A stretch of 64,000 bases of DNA from Leucoraja erinacea (taxonomy: Eukaryota): NCBI RefSeq assembly GCF_028641065.1, contig NC_073405.1, positions 18,910,001 through 18,974,000 on the forward strand. The letters run 5' to 3'. How positions within the stretch are numbered: position 1 is the stretch's first letter; every line of letters starts with the position of its first letter. Below, one piece after another: positions 24,128 through 37,922 of this stretch. The notes under the pieces were generated by a model. It did no database searches. It worked only from the letters and a program-made list of their open reading frames with translations, and was not told where the DNA came from. Made by a program: the position numbers and the translations under genes.

Positions 24128-24258
24128 TGTAAGACGGAATTGCAGACACTGGTTTAAATCAAAGAAAGACACATAAAGATGGAATAATTCAACGGGACAG
24201 GCAGCATCTCTGGAGAGAAGGAATGGGTAACGTTTTGGGTCGAGACCCTTCATCAGAA
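24128..24258 (-). mobile_element. Penelope-like pLTR fragment
   Basis: Minus strand CTGATGAAGGGTCTCGACCCAAAACGTTACCC. Confidence 0.75.
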
Positions 24259-24739
24259 GCACCAATTTACATCGACAACTTTGAAAAATGTAGTGCACGA
24301 CGGTTTATATCATTAGGTTAACATCCAATGTGTCTGTTTGGATTCCAGTCAGACATGCATGGTTGAAGATCTGTAACAGATTGTGAAACAGAAATGGTTG
24401 CAATCACATTCCAATCTAGTACACGCGTTTTCCATACAATTTGGAGGCATTTATCCTCACATTGGAGAAGAAAAACCATCAATTTAATGCTTGAAAGGTA
24501 GGTACCTGTACTGCATTTTATTTTGCATTGAAATGCCTGGAGTGAGACTTGAATTCATAGTGGTCTGATTCAGAGGCAAAGGTGCCTCTGACTGAGCGAT
24601 AGATGGTGCTAATAGAGGTTTGCATGCATGGAATTAAATCTTAAAGTACTGAAAATAGCCAATATGCCGGGCAGCATCGGAGGAGAGAGAAAGAGTAGAT
24701 GATAAGGCCAATGATAAGGCCATATCAAAAATCAGTTTT

Positions 24740-25000
24740 TGATTTTTTGAAGAAGTAACTAAGAACGTTGATGAGTCTATATGGACTTCAGTCAACCTTT
24801 GGCAAGATATTACTTTGGATCTGCAAGGTTAGATTGCATAGTATCTAGGGAGAGCTAGCTAACTGGATACAGAATTGGCTTCATGGTAGAAAGGGTGTTT
24901 TTTTAACTGGAGACCCCTGACTAGTGGTGTTACTCGGCGATTGTTGCTGGCCCCCTTGTTGGTTGTCAATGATATCAACTATGTGGATGAAAATGTACAG
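24740..25000 (+). mobile_element. CR1 LINE RT fragment (degraded)
   Basis: DFFEEVTK..D...YMDFS, GELANWIQNWL and W.P.TSGV motifs. Confidence 0.7.
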
Positions 25001-25231
25001 GGTAATGAAAGGTTTAGCAACAATTAGGTACACCAAATGCATGCAAATGGGACAAGCTTAGATGGGGCATCGTGGTTGGCATGGACAAGTTGGGCTGAAG
25101 GGTCTGTTTCCATGCTGCATTACTATGGCTCCATACTCTTCCTCACCCCTACCTCCACCCCAATTCTTCTACTCCTCCAAATATTAGGGGGAATATACAG
25201 TATTAATTTAATCTACCACCCTGCACATCTT

Positions 25232-25715
25232 TATACAAGGTTAATTCCCGGGATGGCGGGACTGTCATATGCTGAAAGAATGGAGCAGCTGGGCTTGTAC
25301 ACTCTGGAGTTTAGAAGGATGAGAGGGTATCTCATTGAAACATATAAGATTGTTAAGGGTTTGGACACACTAGAGGCAGGAAACATGTTCCTGATGTTGG
25401 GGGAGTCCAGAACCAAGGGCCACAGTTTAAGAATAAGGAGTAAGCCATTTAGAAGGGAGACGAGGAAACATTTTCTCACAGAGAGTGGTGAGTCTGTGGA
25501 ATTTTCTGCCTCAGAGGGCGGTGGAGACAGGTTCGCTGGATGCTTTCAAGAGAGAGCTAGATAGGGCTATTAAAAATAGCAGAGTCGGGGGATATGTGGT
25601 GAAGGCAGGAATGGGGTACTGATAGGGGATGAACAGCCATGGTCACATTGATTGGCGGTGCTGGCTCGAAGGGCCAAATGGCCTACTCCTGCACCTATTG
25701 TCTATTGTCTATTGT
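25232..25715 (+). mobile_element. CR1 LINE 3' end inserted into an older SINE
   Basis: TRLIPGMAGLSYAERM..LGLYTLEFRRMRG.LIETYKI, (CTATTGT)n tail; SINE halves flank it with TCTTT repeated. Confidence 0.9.
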
Positions 25716-26794
25716 CTTTGAGGTGGGATGAAACCAGAACAAAAACAGAAAGTCCATGTAGCCACGTGGAGAACATGAAAACGTGATGGGATTGAAACCA
25801 GGTCTCTGGCACTGTGGCTCTACTATCTGTGCCACAGTGTGCACTCCCCACCCCACAAATGCAAACGTTATACAAGTGTATTATATAGATGAACGTAAAA
25901 GTCAAAAGCAGCCAATGTTAGTAAATGCTGGAGCAATAATCTTGCCTGGATCATTTGGCAGCACCTTGGAAATCATCTACAACTTCACAAATCTCCACCA
26001 GCATTTTCACGAAACAACAAAAGTAGAGAAAGAGTAGATGGTCGATTTGTGGTGAGGGTGATATGGGCTAAATATGCAACAGGATGCTCACCGTAAAATT
26101 CACATGATGCTCCGGTTCACCCCAAAAGACAATTCAAAATTGTTGGATACAAACGACAATGGATTAGAAGGTGAAATGGCAGTGATTGCCAAAGAAGAAA
26201 AACAAGGAGGAAAATGGAGACAGGGTAAAATAATTCTGGTTAGAAATTGGCAAAGGAGCGCTAGTAAGAAGCATCAGACGAGTGAGCACTGTGCTTGTTG
26301 TTTGCCGACATTTCAGACGTAATTCATTTGCCTCTTCAGCACTTTCAGACCTCCTGAGGTTGAGAAAGGCATTATATAAATGTGAGGCCTTCTGTTCATG
26401 CAGTGCAGCTTTATAGCTGCAGAATTGCACTTCAATCGACAGCTAGCAGTGTGACATCAAACCCAGTGAAAAAAAACTCTTCAAAAACAATTTACCATTC
26501 ACTACGAGGTAAAGTGCAAACTTCCTTCAGATCTGTTTTCATCTCAAAAATCCCTTTTTCTTTTTATAAAACTCATGAAGCCAATTGGTTACCTGTTTCA
26601 TTATTAAAGTTAAAAGCTATCTCATCTTCCATTGTCCCTAACCCTGTGTGAAGTCAATCAGTGCATGCTCACGCATTGAACTCCATGTATGTTCTTGATG
26701 TTGTGACGTGCCCTCTATCATCTCTGGTTGAGATTTCGTGATATAGCAACAAGAAATATTGGCATCTTACTGCATGAGCCATTCGGCTTAGATT

Positions 26795-27022
26795 CAGATG
26801 TAGAGATACAGTGTGGAAACAGGTTCTTCAGGCCACCGAGTACGCACGTCCAGCGATCACCCCATACACAGACTAACACTATCCTACTCACTACGGACTA
26901 TTTACAATTTTTATTGAAGCCAATTAACCTACAAACATGTATGTCTTTGGAGTGTCGAAGGAAACCGGAGTGCCCGGCGAAAACCCACAAGGTCACAGGG
27001 AGAAGTTCAAATTCCGTACAGA
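26795..27022 (-). mobile_element. HE1-like SINE (3' part; the 5' part appears to resume at ~27785-27870)
   Basis: V-SINE body breaks at ...CCGTACAGA and resumes at GTACAGACAGCACC. Confidence 0.75.
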
Positions 27023-27030
27023 TGTAAATA

Positions 27031-27608
27031 TGCTCATAAAGCTTATCCCACTTAGTCTAGTTCAGTAAAAACACTGAATCAAGTACTGGAACAACTAAAC
27101 TTTATTTTTGAATGAACAACAAATTCCCTATACGATAACTAAACCACCACATGTTCGATCCTTGTCTTCTCCTGGCCAAGCCCTTCAGCCTCATGCAAGC
27201 AGCCACTACCAAAAGGTCACGCAGTCCCAAGCACCCTTCCAGAAGATCGACACCGATCCAAATGAGGGCTACCTTTTGTAGGTCAATGAACCCTGAGGGG
27301 CCGAACTACATAGGGGTGGTTTCCCTTACAAACCAATCATACATATTCATTACATTAAAGTATTATTGACAGTCCCCCAACACAATTATATAGTCCCAAA
27401 CAATGAAGCTTCTGGAAGGAAGTCAGCTTAACTGAATAATGCAACATTTACCCTGGCAATTCAACCTAAGCCTTCACACTTCGACCAATCACCATACAGC
27501 AGGGTAACTGTCTTGCAACATTATTTACATTATTTACAATCCCTTTGCAGTAATCCAATCAAACCAATGCATCTACACCCTAGAGTTTTTCTGCAAAGTC
27601 CTCATACA
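27031..27608 (-). mobile_element. Solo LTR related to 18219-18660
   Basis: Reverse complement shares AATAAAG.TTAGTTGTT...TTCAGTGTTTTTACTGAA, GTGTCGATCTTCTGG and ACCACCCC...TTCGGCCCC blocks; starts TGTATGAGG. Confidence 0.7.
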
Positions 27609-29299
27609 TATTATCAATTGCAATGACATTTGTTCCCTTCCTTATCTGATGTATTGATCTGGGACCTAGACTTCCCGGCACCAGCTAGCAGTTTGTGGCT
27701 TCTTACATAGAAAAGGGCTAACAGGCCTTGTAGATGCATGAATCCTCTGATTTATTTTAGCACTGTTTTAGCCAGGATTTGTATGTACAGACAGCACCGG
27801 TAGTCAAGATTGAACCCAGGTCTCTGGAGCTATAAGGCAGCAGCTCCATCACTATGCAATTGTTCCACCTCTTAGTCATACAGTCATAGAGCTTGGAAAC
27901 AGGCTCTTTGGCCCAACTTCCCCACATGGGCCAACATGTCCCAGCTACACTAGTCCCATCTGCTGGCATTTGGTCCATATCCCTCCAAACCAGTTATAAT
28001 GAAATATATGCAGGATTCAAGAATTCAGATCAATGAATGGAGGAAGCACATGGTTCGATTAACTATTTATTCAAGCAAAATACAAGTAAAACACAGAAAA
28101 AACTATCAGCTATCAGTAAAGAAAATACACATGCGTTCTGCAAACCTTTCTCAAGGATAAGGAGTTCAATGGCCATGCACATTACATCTTGTGTGTTATA
28201 CATACAAGGAATTTGTGCTCCTCTAGTTTTAAAAGAAACTGATGAAGAACCCTTATACAGCCCCATTTTAAAGTGTATACATGAGTAAGGAAAATATGCA
28301 AAATAGTTACACCAATTGAAATTAGATGCAGGAGTAGGCCATTCGGCTTCGAGTGCTGTACCCCTTCTCAGGAACCAAGTGTGGTGTTTTGGTGCAAAGG
28401 CCAGTAGAGTTGTCTTTGGTCCCGCAATAAACCGCAAGACAGAGACAGTTGACTTGTTTCAAGTCAGGAGTGACCAGGTACCCAATACAAGACAATTGCA
28501 GATGAGTGTGACTGATGTCAGTTTTAGTTCAGTAAATTGCATGAAATTAAGTTAGTTTTTGTACTATCTTGTAAGGACTGAGCCAGGCAATACCCAATGA
28601 TACATTATAATGCTTCAAAATGTGTCAATGATTACTGACTTGAATAGAACTAAACTACGAAGGCATCAGCGTATAATGGCTACCACTGCACTATTGTGCA
28701 TTCAGTGTGACCAACTACGGAAGAATGCTTAGGCAATGTTGCCCTATAGTTATGGCATGTAACCCATTCCACAGACTATATCTGCCTACATTCCTTACAT
28801 CCAGTTACCATCAGAAGCCATGTCATCGCCAGAGCCGATTCATGAGTAATGAAACTCTTTGCTCTGTGAGGTTTACCTTCTGACACTGGAAAGTGGACTC
28901 CAAGAAATTACTGGACATCTGGTTAATCCTTGTGCCAGGGATAACCTAGTGGTCAGATGTTGCAAAGACTTTGCATGGTACTAGCATTCACAAGCATCAT
29001 TCATAAATAATCAAACTTTACCAGAACGCACTATTAAAAAAAAATTAAACTTTTTAAAAATAGAAAAAACTTTGAAATAATTAAGAAACTTGTAAAAACC
29101 ACATAATTAAAGTCATTAATCTAATTAACAAAAAACATGAAAAGTGCTTGACAATGACCTCTGTCTCTCTACCCATTGCTCTCCATTGTAATGAATGGAG
29201 TCATTGAGCTTGTATCAGGTCAAAATGATATTGGTTTGCAGGTTTCCCCAGTGAAACTTTAGAAAATTGGCACTGTTGAAGGACTGCAAGAGGAACTGT

Positions 29300-29800
29300 T
29301 GAATCATAGAGTTATAGAGTCATACTGAGTGAAAACAGGCCCTTCGGCCCAATTGCCCATGCTGACCAACACGCCCCATCTACATTAGTTCCACCTGCCT
29401 GTATTTGGTCCATATCCTTCAAAATCTACCCAATCCATGTACCTGTCCAAATATTACTTAAACGTTGCAATATTACTTGCCTCAACTACCTCCTCCAGCA
29501 GCTTGTTCCATATACCTAACACCCACTGTGTAAAACAGTTGCCCCTCTGGTTTCTATTAAAACCTACTCCCCCCCCTCCAAAAAAAAACAATTTCCTCTG
29601 GTACTGGATTCCCCTACTTTGGGTAAAAGATGGTGCATTTACTGTATCTTCTCTTTTCATGATCCTATACACCTCTATAAGATCACCCTACATCCTCTTG
29701 TGCTTCAAGGAATTAAGCCTTCTCAACATCTCCCTAGAGCTCAGGCCTTCGAATCCGGGCAACATCCTCGTAAATCTCCTCTGCACCCTTTCCAGCTTAT
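29300..29800 (-). mobile_element. CR1 LINE 3' end
   Basis: FNRNQRGNCFTQWVLGIWNKL.EEVVEA and a CR1 tail. Confidence 0.85.
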
Positions 29801-31147
29801 CTCCATCTTCCATCTTAACAACATCTTCCAGCTTGACAACTTAAAAAGCAGCAAAGACCTATCATCATCCTAACCTCTCCGTTCACTTCAATTGACATAA
29901 ACACTTGTATCTCATCTATCTAGCCCTCTCCAACAACCAAAGGTTTAGAAGTATACATCCAGCAAAGATGAACTTATCACAAACAGAAATTAATTGCTTG
30001 ATGATGAAGTGCTGGTGTTTGTAAGCTGGAGGCTGCAAATCAGAAATACTGGCATTAAACTACTGGCAGGTTTGCTGTCTGTAACATTACTTGCATCTTC
30101 AATACAGTGAGGTAACATTTGGAAGGTAATAGGGAAATGTCAGAAGAACATGGTATATGAGGCAAAGCGGGTCATTTAGCAGCTTGTGCCTGGTCCACTT
30201 ATTTGAAAGGTGGATGATTGATCTTGGCCTCAGCTCCACTTTCCGTGCTGATCCACTTAATTCTTGACTACCCTACAGTCCATGTTTAGTTCAATATGTT
30301 CAATGGCTCAGCGTTCGCATGTCTTAAAGGTAGAACATTCGTAAAGTTCCCCATCCTCCGTGAAAGAGAGAAAAATGATAAAGAGACAGAGAGAGATGTC
30401 CTTTCATTCTGCAGCCAAACCCATGGGTTGTGTATTCCTCACCAACGTAAACATCCTCTCTCCCTATCAAGCTCCCTCAATTACTTTCAGTAAAGTCACC
30501 TCACCTTTTAACTCCAATAAACATATCTCAGCATATTTACGCCATTGAACTGACATTGTCTTGTATCCTTATATTTCTCATATTTCTATTACTACATATA
30601 AGGAGGCTATTCAGCCCATCAAAGACATGCTTGCTCTGGAACCATGCTATATGATCCATTTCCCAATATATTTCTCCGTAACTTATTCCCCTTTACATGC
30701 CCATCAGCACGCTGTTTAACTTGCTACTCGGCAATAGCTGGGGTAATTTACTTTAGTTAATGTGCCAACCTGTACGACCTTGTGATGTGGGAGGAAACCA
30801 CAGCATCCGGGGGAAATCTGTGCAGTTGCTGAGACACTGTGCAAACAGAACAGCACTGGAGGTCAACGTTAAATTTGGGTAACTACAGCTCTTCCTACCG
30901 AATCACTCTGCCATTTTTATGCCTGCATATGTATGATAACTCCCCACAAAATGGTACAGCAAGGTGCACTGATATATACATCTATACACATATACATATA
31001 TATATATTTTTTTTGTAGGGAAAAAACATTCAAATCAGAATAAAGGTACGGTTCAGGAGATAACTTTTTCCAGCTAGTGGCCGCCAGTGGAAATCAGGTA
31101 CTTCACCTCCAAGAGGTGATAGGTGTGGATTACTTGCAGCTTTCCTT

Positions 31148-31275
31148 ATGAAGGGTCTCGACAAAAAATACCACCTATTCCTTCTCTCCAGAGATGCTGC
31201 CTGTCCTGCGGAGTCACTCCATCATCTTGTGTCCATCTTCGGTTTAAAACAGCATCTGCAGTTCCTTGCTGCACG
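31148..31275 (+). mobile_element. Penelope-like pLTR fragment
   Basis: GAAGGGTCTCGAC...CCAGAGATGCTGCCTG...GCATCTGCAGTTCC. Confidence 0.7.
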
Positions 31276-32791
31276 CTTTCCTTACTGAGATGGAGAGATT
31301 TTTGTATTGAGTATCGAGTATTAGCATAAAGTCAGGCAAGTGGAATCAAAGTGAGCATATGACACTATTAATGAGATAGCAGGACAGGTGTGAGGGGATG
31401 AACCGTCTGCTTCTCATCCGATGTCCTAAATCTTGTAGATGCCCAGTGCTGCTATGCAACTTGCAATCTGCCCACAGTATGAGTGACTGCGACCACAGGC
31501 AACCATTTCTCATTATAAAATGACATCCAGCGAGAGCAGATGCACTACATAAGTAGGATATACGGCAGCAATTTAAAACCAGGTTTCTCCTGCTGGTTAT
31601 AAACCCTTCAAGTTTTTTACTTTGCAGATTCTGGTACGAGGGTGGTTTTGCAATTGGACTACCACTGCAAAGGCAGGCTGCTAATTTGCTTTCCTTATTC
31701 AGAGACTTTATTTGTATAATTTACTAAACAGGATGAGTGCCCTTTCACCACCTGCACTTCAGAGATCTCATAATTTTACTCAGTCTAAATTTCGGTCTGT
31801 TTGACTCATAAGTATGAATCTATTTTAAAATTGGCACTTCACGGAGGAGCTGATGCTGTGCAGTATTCTTATCCCTGGCAGCAGTAAATCTTCTTCTCTC
31901 ATGCTTCATCAGTTGTACTGGAAGCAAGGCGTATTGCAGTGCCTTCTATTCACAGCTCCTTTAATTCATATAGCCTTTCCAGCCTCTTCAGCCCTTACAA
32001 ACTAAGACACCATCAATAAGCAACTGCTAATCGATTTATCCCATCTTCTTTCCTCCTCTCTCTGACAGATTATTTTGTTTCTTTTCTTGGGCTTGCTGCA
32101 ACCTTACCTCCAGTTCTAGCGGAGCAGAAAAGGCGAGGTGGAGGTTTAATTAAGTTGTTTTTGAATCGATATGTTTTGATAGGGTGAAAGAGAGAAAAAA
32201 AAGGTATCTCTGTCCAACAAGTCAGCACTGCACAGAGTTACCAATTTCAAACTCAGCTTAAAGGGAGAGTTTAAGAGCTATTTCATTACAACAAGTAGGT
32301 AGGGGACAGAATGCATTGCCCAGGGAGAAGCTGAGTTACAAACCATAGTATCTGTGACCATAATGAAGTATACGATTTAGTCTTTGTCACTTTAAAATGA
32401 ATTACAGTACTTTGCTTAAAGAGTTTAACAGCCAACTACAGGTAAAGGCTTGTAACAAGCCTGTTCTGACAATGTTAGTTTTTCTAGTTTCCTTGGTAAC
32501 TGAGTCCAAGGGCAGGTTTAACAAGACCTAAAAATGTAATAACATATTAAAAGGAAGAGTAGATAAATATTTGCATTATGGAAAGATACTAGTTTACAAT
32601 GAGAGAGTGGTTCAGTGGGATTAGTTTTGAATTACTTCGGTAACAATCTGACATTGATATAATCTTTAATAGTTGTTTCCCCATGTTGAACGTGGAGAGA
32701 CCTGCTTCAGTTTGATGAGATGTTTAATGCTCTAATTTCTATGTGTGGTTAAAATGAGAGAGAGAGAGATCCTTGTAGCAAAGAGATGATC

Positions 32792-32905
32792 AGAGGTAGA
32801 CACAAAATGCCCGAGTAACGCAGCGGGACAGGCAGCATCTCTGGAGAGGAGGAATGGGTGACGTTTTGAGTCGAGACCCTTCTTCAGACTGATGTCAGGG
32901 GAGAG
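32792..32905 (-). mobile_element. Penelope-like pLTR fragment
   Basis: Minus strand CAGTCTGAAGAAGGGTCTCGACTCAAAACGTCACCC. Confidence 0.75.
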
Positions 32906-33324
32906 ATGTTGGTGAGAAAACAGGGGCTTCTGGGGAGAAGATGGATGGCAGGGCTTTGGGATAACTACAATAACTACGACCATTGCGCAATTTCCCTCCT
33001 CCTCAACCATCCTATTCAGCTCATGGTCACGTGTATCTAGATAGTGAAATTCTTTGTTTTTACATAGAGTTCAGTAACAATCTTACTATACTAGGCACAC
33101 TCGTATGTGAGTACAAGAGTGTGCAAGTTTACATATTCTGTTGAGCTGATGCAAGTAAGAATTTCATTGTTCTATCTGGGACATGACAATAAAACACTCT
33201 TGACTCCTGACTCTCTTGTGACTCTTGAGTGCAAGTAAGAAGATTATACTGAGGCAGTATACAAGAGTCGCCACATTTCCAGCGCTATATTGGTCCCTTC
33301 AAGTTCAGAGTTGTTAAAATCAGG

Positions 33325-33620
33325 ATCAGAATCAGAATCAGATTTTATTCACCAAGTATGTTTTGCAACATACGAGGAATTTCACTGGCCAGGTCAGTCA
33401 TACAATTAAAAGCAACAGAGTCAAAAACACATTTTAACATGAACATCCACCACAGTGACTCCTACACATTCCTCACTGTGATGGAAGGTGAAAAAAAGTT
33501 TGTCCTTCCTTTTGTTCTTCCTTGGTCGGGGGCCTCGAGCCCTCAGTTGACGGGACGGTCTTGACTCCCGTAGCCTGCAGCGATTGGGTCCTTCGCGTCG
33601 AGGCGATTAACTCCTTGGCC
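33325..33620 (-). mobile_element. 3' end of unclassified retro-repeat (related to 5390-6090)
   Basis: (ATCAGA)n tail with AATAAA on the minus strand, and a shared hairpin-bearing block. Confidence 0.55.
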
Positions 33621-35658
33621 ATAATGGCACATTGTCCTGGCAGCAGCACTGGGTTGCAGTTGCAAGAGTCAAGTGAAGTGGTGGTGGGGCCACAGATGCC
33701 GTTGTGTTGGTGATGTTAATGAAATAACTTAATGTAAAGGATATCAACACATTAGGCTTCTATCATGCTGTCCAAGGAAAGTTGGGCCAATCAGCTAACT
33801 TATAGAACTTAATGCTCTTGGGCCAAGACCCAATTAAGTATTTAGCCCATAGCATTTGTGCACCCTACATGTCAGGTCGCTAATATCAGTTATGAATCAT
33901 CACTGTTTGAAGGCTGTCCCACTCCTATATGCATGATGAAAACATTGGAAGAAGACTGAATAACCTGCCTAATGGTGAGAGGTTTTTTGATTCATCTCAG
34001 CAAGTACCATTGATGATTCGCAAGTGGATGCAACATTTTACAGTCCTCCATCCAGGAGAAGGTGAATTTTCAGAATGACCTAGAAGGGGCAATTTACTGC
34101 TGTCAATTGACCATTCAAATGTTGGAGGAAAGCAGAGTACCCAAAAGATCATGTGTGTGGTGTCAGGGAGGGTTTGTGAACTCCACAGAAGCAGGACCAG
34201 AAGTCAGGTTTGAACCAGGGTCACTGGTGCAGTGAACAGGCAATGATTCCTACTGCACTACTGCACTGCCAATATAGGTGCAGTTAGTTTTGTTCTCCCT
34301 TGGCCCTAGTTTCTTGAATTAACTAAACGGAGCAGTTAAATGGAGAGTTACCATAAAAGAGGAAATGCTGGCATTGCACAGAAAGAAGGTTGGAGACAGC
34401 TGGAGCTAATCATTTAGTCATTATTTAATCTTTACTGCATTGGTGTATGATTAATTGAGAAACCGCAGGCTGTGGTGAAGGACACAAGGAAAGAGACAAG
34501 ATATAGAAGCAGAAGTGATTAGATAATGCCATGCATTGATCTTACAAGAATTCAATAGGAATTGTACTGAATCAAAACCCTTTCAGGAACACAAAACTGC
34601 ATAATTTTATTTTAAATGTGGTTTATACTTAAGGAGGTTGAAGCTTTGAAAATTTAAATATTCACGTACCCAGAAGAAGAAAGTAGAAATTTGAAACTAT
34701 CCTCCCATAAACGCTTTGGTGCTGTCAAAATTGGGTCTTTCAGTTCTGAGATCAATGGCTTTTCCTTTATTGGGTGAGGGCATCGAGGGATATGCTATTA
34801 ATTTGGGATTATGAAGCCAAGATACAGAATGGCCTGATCTAAATGAATTATTTTTGGCCTGAAGGAATACATTGTTTTTTTCCTCCTAATCTCCTCATAA
34901 CCCCGAGGGAAGGAAACAACCATTTTTCATCCCCTCAGTCTGAGACTTTCTCAAAACACATTATCTTCCTGGGATAAGCAGCCAGCAATGGAAAAGGCAC
35001 AAGACCTCTGCTGGAAACCTTTGGCTCCTGGCCCACCCCTCTTTTCTAGGGCATTTATGAAATTGTCGGTGGCTGGCTATAGAAAGCTGCAGGCTCTTTA
35101 ACTTCAATTCAATTCAATTCAATTCAACTTTAATGCCATCGCACAAATACAAGTATGAGTACAACGAAATGCAGTTTTGCGTCAGTCCGTAGTAGTTGTA
35201 CATAAAGAAATTAAAAAAATAGAAAGAGAGAAGATACAGAATAATCAAGAAATACAGAATAATTAAACAATTATTTGTTTAGAGAACAATTAACTTTGGA
35301 TCGAGGTCGATTCTGTAGCAAGAATTTTCACTAAGCTTATCTGATGTAAATACATTCTGATAAAAGAGACTGGAGCCATCAGAATGTTAGGCCATAGGCT
35401 GCACATTAGGTGCTAATGAAAGATTTTTTGCTTTATATTCCTGTAAAAGGGTTTTGGCCTTCAGTATATATTTTCCAAAGCTGGGTGTAAGAAAGCAGTC
35501 AGACAATGGGCCGCCTTGTCTAAATTTTCAATGCCTGGAGTTCACAGGAATGATTCCTTAATAGCAGCCTGTAATTACAGTCTCAGCACACATATTGACG
35601 TTTGGTATAGCCATGTGCATGGCTGCATTTTCTTGCTTATGGTTGTAGTAACATTTAT

Positions 35659-36530
35659 AATCAATCAATCAATCAATCAATCAATCAACCTTTATTGTCA
35701 TCTTGCAAGCAACAAGTACAGTGCAAAATGAAAAGACGTTTCCCAGTGAATAGCGGAGCCTCGCACATGAAATTTAAAACACTTCTCACATAATAACACT
35801 AAAAAAAAAAACAATCCAGTCCCTGATGGAACAGAATAAATAGTTAAAATCAGGTAAAAAACACAATGTTAAAATACAGTAAACCAATCATAAAAAAATG
35901 TCCGGGGCCGCTGATTTGACTGGCCAGTGCCAGTTATTAAAGTGTCCGTGCCAGCCGCAGAGTCAAGTCAAGTGACTGTGAGTGCAGAGTGACTGTTTAG
36001 CAGCCTCACAGCCTGTGGTAGGAAGCTGTTTAGCAGCCTCGTAGTCCGGGCTTTGATGCTTCGATATCTCTTGCCTGATGGCAAGAGATCCAGGTGTGTG
36101 TGGAGGGGGTGCAGTTTGTCCTTGGCAATTCTCTGTGCTTTCTTCAGACAGCGGCTCTGGAACAGTTCTTGTACCGAGGGTAGGGAGACGCCAATAATCC
36201 TCTCTGCTCCCCTCACTACCCTCTGCAGAGCCTTCCTGTCCGAGCAGTTGCAGGTGCAGTACCACGTATTGATGCAGTACGTGAGTACAGACTCCACCGT
36301 GCCCCTGTAGAAAGTCCTGAGGATGTTGGTGGGGAGTGAGGCCTGTTTTAGTTTCCTCAGGAAGTGCAGTCGCTGATGGGCCCGTTTGACGGTCCCAGTG
36401 GTGTTCCTGGACCAGGTGAGGTTGTCCGTTATCTGCACACCGAGGAACTTTATGCTCTCCACTCTCTCCACTGCAGTGCCACTAATGTTGAGCAGTGTAT
36501 GCTCTGGCTGCGCCCTCCTGAAGCTAATAT
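35659..36530 (-). mobile_element. Young 5'-truncated Rex1/Babar LINE
   Basis: Uninterrupted ORF 35968-36549: AVERVESIKFLGVQITDNLTWS.NT...KRAHQRLHFLRKL...HPLH...LPSGKRYRSIKARTTRLLNSFLPQAVRLLN; AATAAA and a (TTGA)n tail. Confidence 0.92.
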
Positions 36531-37139
36531 TTGTAAGCTGCAGAGTCAATATAGTGCAGTATGTGGTGTATCATTATAGAAATTGATGAGCTACATTTAA
36601 GACCTTTCTTTATGTAGTGGTACTTTGCTGAACCTCATCCATCGGCTTTGGATATTCAGCATGAGACATCGCTATAGTTACACAGAGAAGAACACAACTT
36701 GACCAGATCCAACTCCAAGAGCATGTTGAAATTCAATAAAACTGCAGATCATGGAAATCCAGTTATACTAATCCCACAGTAATCCAATTTTAATAGTTTT
36801 CTCCATATTCCCATTAATGCCTCACAAATTCTCCCACTCACCTATACACCTGGGACAATTTATCGTGCCTGATTAATTTGACTTTGGGATTTGGGGAGAA
36901 AATTCCAGAGGAAAACACAGTGTTAACAGGTAGAACCTGCAAACATCAGACGGCAGCACTCAAGGACATGATTGAACAGGCACTGTGAGACAATGGCTCT
37001 ACTAACTATTGCACTGTCATCTCTGTGAACTCTAACTATGAAACAGGCCTAACAGCTGATTACAAGGATGTGGATCTTTATGTTGAATATTTTTTTGAGG
37101 CACACAGCAAGCTAATTAGATTTACAAGAATTGTCGTCT

Positions 37140-37460
37140 AGTTTTAGTTTAGTTTAGAGATACAGCACGGAAACAAGCCCTTCGGCCCACCGAGTCCGCA
37201 CCGATCAGTGATCCCCGCATATTAACACTATCCTACAGTACTGATCATTTTTACATTTATACCAAGTCAGTAAACCTACAAACCTGTGTGTCTTTGGAAT
37301 GTTGGAGGAAACCAAAGTTCTCGGAGAAAACCCACACAGATCACGGGGAGAACGTGCAAACTCTGTATGGACAGTACCCGTCGCCAGGATCGAACCATGG
37401 TCTCTGGCGTTGCAAGTGCTGTAAGGTGGCAACTCTACCGCTGCACCACCATGCTGCCCT
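37140..37460 (-). mobile_element. HE1-like SINE, full length
   Basis: tRNA-like head at ~37390-37460, V-domain, and (TTTAG)n tail. Confidence 0.9.
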
Positions 37461-37569
37461 AGTTGAGTAGGTTGAGTGAATTGTTCAGATCCTCACATTT
37501 TTGCATGCAGAAAACTTATAGGAAGAAAACTATATAGCAGCTTTCGTACCATCATTACATCCAGCTGTC

Positions 37570-37922
37570 AAGATCATGTGATAAGTGTAGAATTAGGCCA
37601 TTCGGCCCATCAAGTCTACTCCGCCATTCAATCATGGCTGATCTATCTCTCCTCCATAACCCCATTCTCCTGCCTTCTCCCCATAGCCTCTGACACCCGT
37701 ACCAAATCAAGAATCTATCTATCTCTGCCTTAAATATATCCATTAACTATGCCTCCACATCCTTCTGTGGCAAAGAATTCCACAGATTCACCAACCTCTG
37801 ACTAAAGAGATTCCACCTCATCTCCTTCCAAATAGAACAGCCTTAAATGTTGAGGCCATGACCTCTAGTCCTGGACTCTTCCACTGGACACATCCTCTCG
37901 GCATCCACTCTCTCCAAGCCTA
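37570..37922 (-). mobile_element. CR1 LINE 3' end
   Basis: IFKAEIDRFL and a CR1 3' UTR; same subfamily as 22860-23497. Confidence 0.85.

Noticed and set aside
26164-26430. Protein-like minus-strand ORF (SESAEEANELRLKC)
   Set aside because: Overlaps a CATTTATATAATGCCTTT...CCTCAGGA old SINE tail relic.
32100-32120. Possible 8-nt micro-exon (ctag|AACTGGAG|gtaagg, minus strand)
   Set aside because: Lies at the edge of a decayed CR1 fragment; likely chance splice-like signals.
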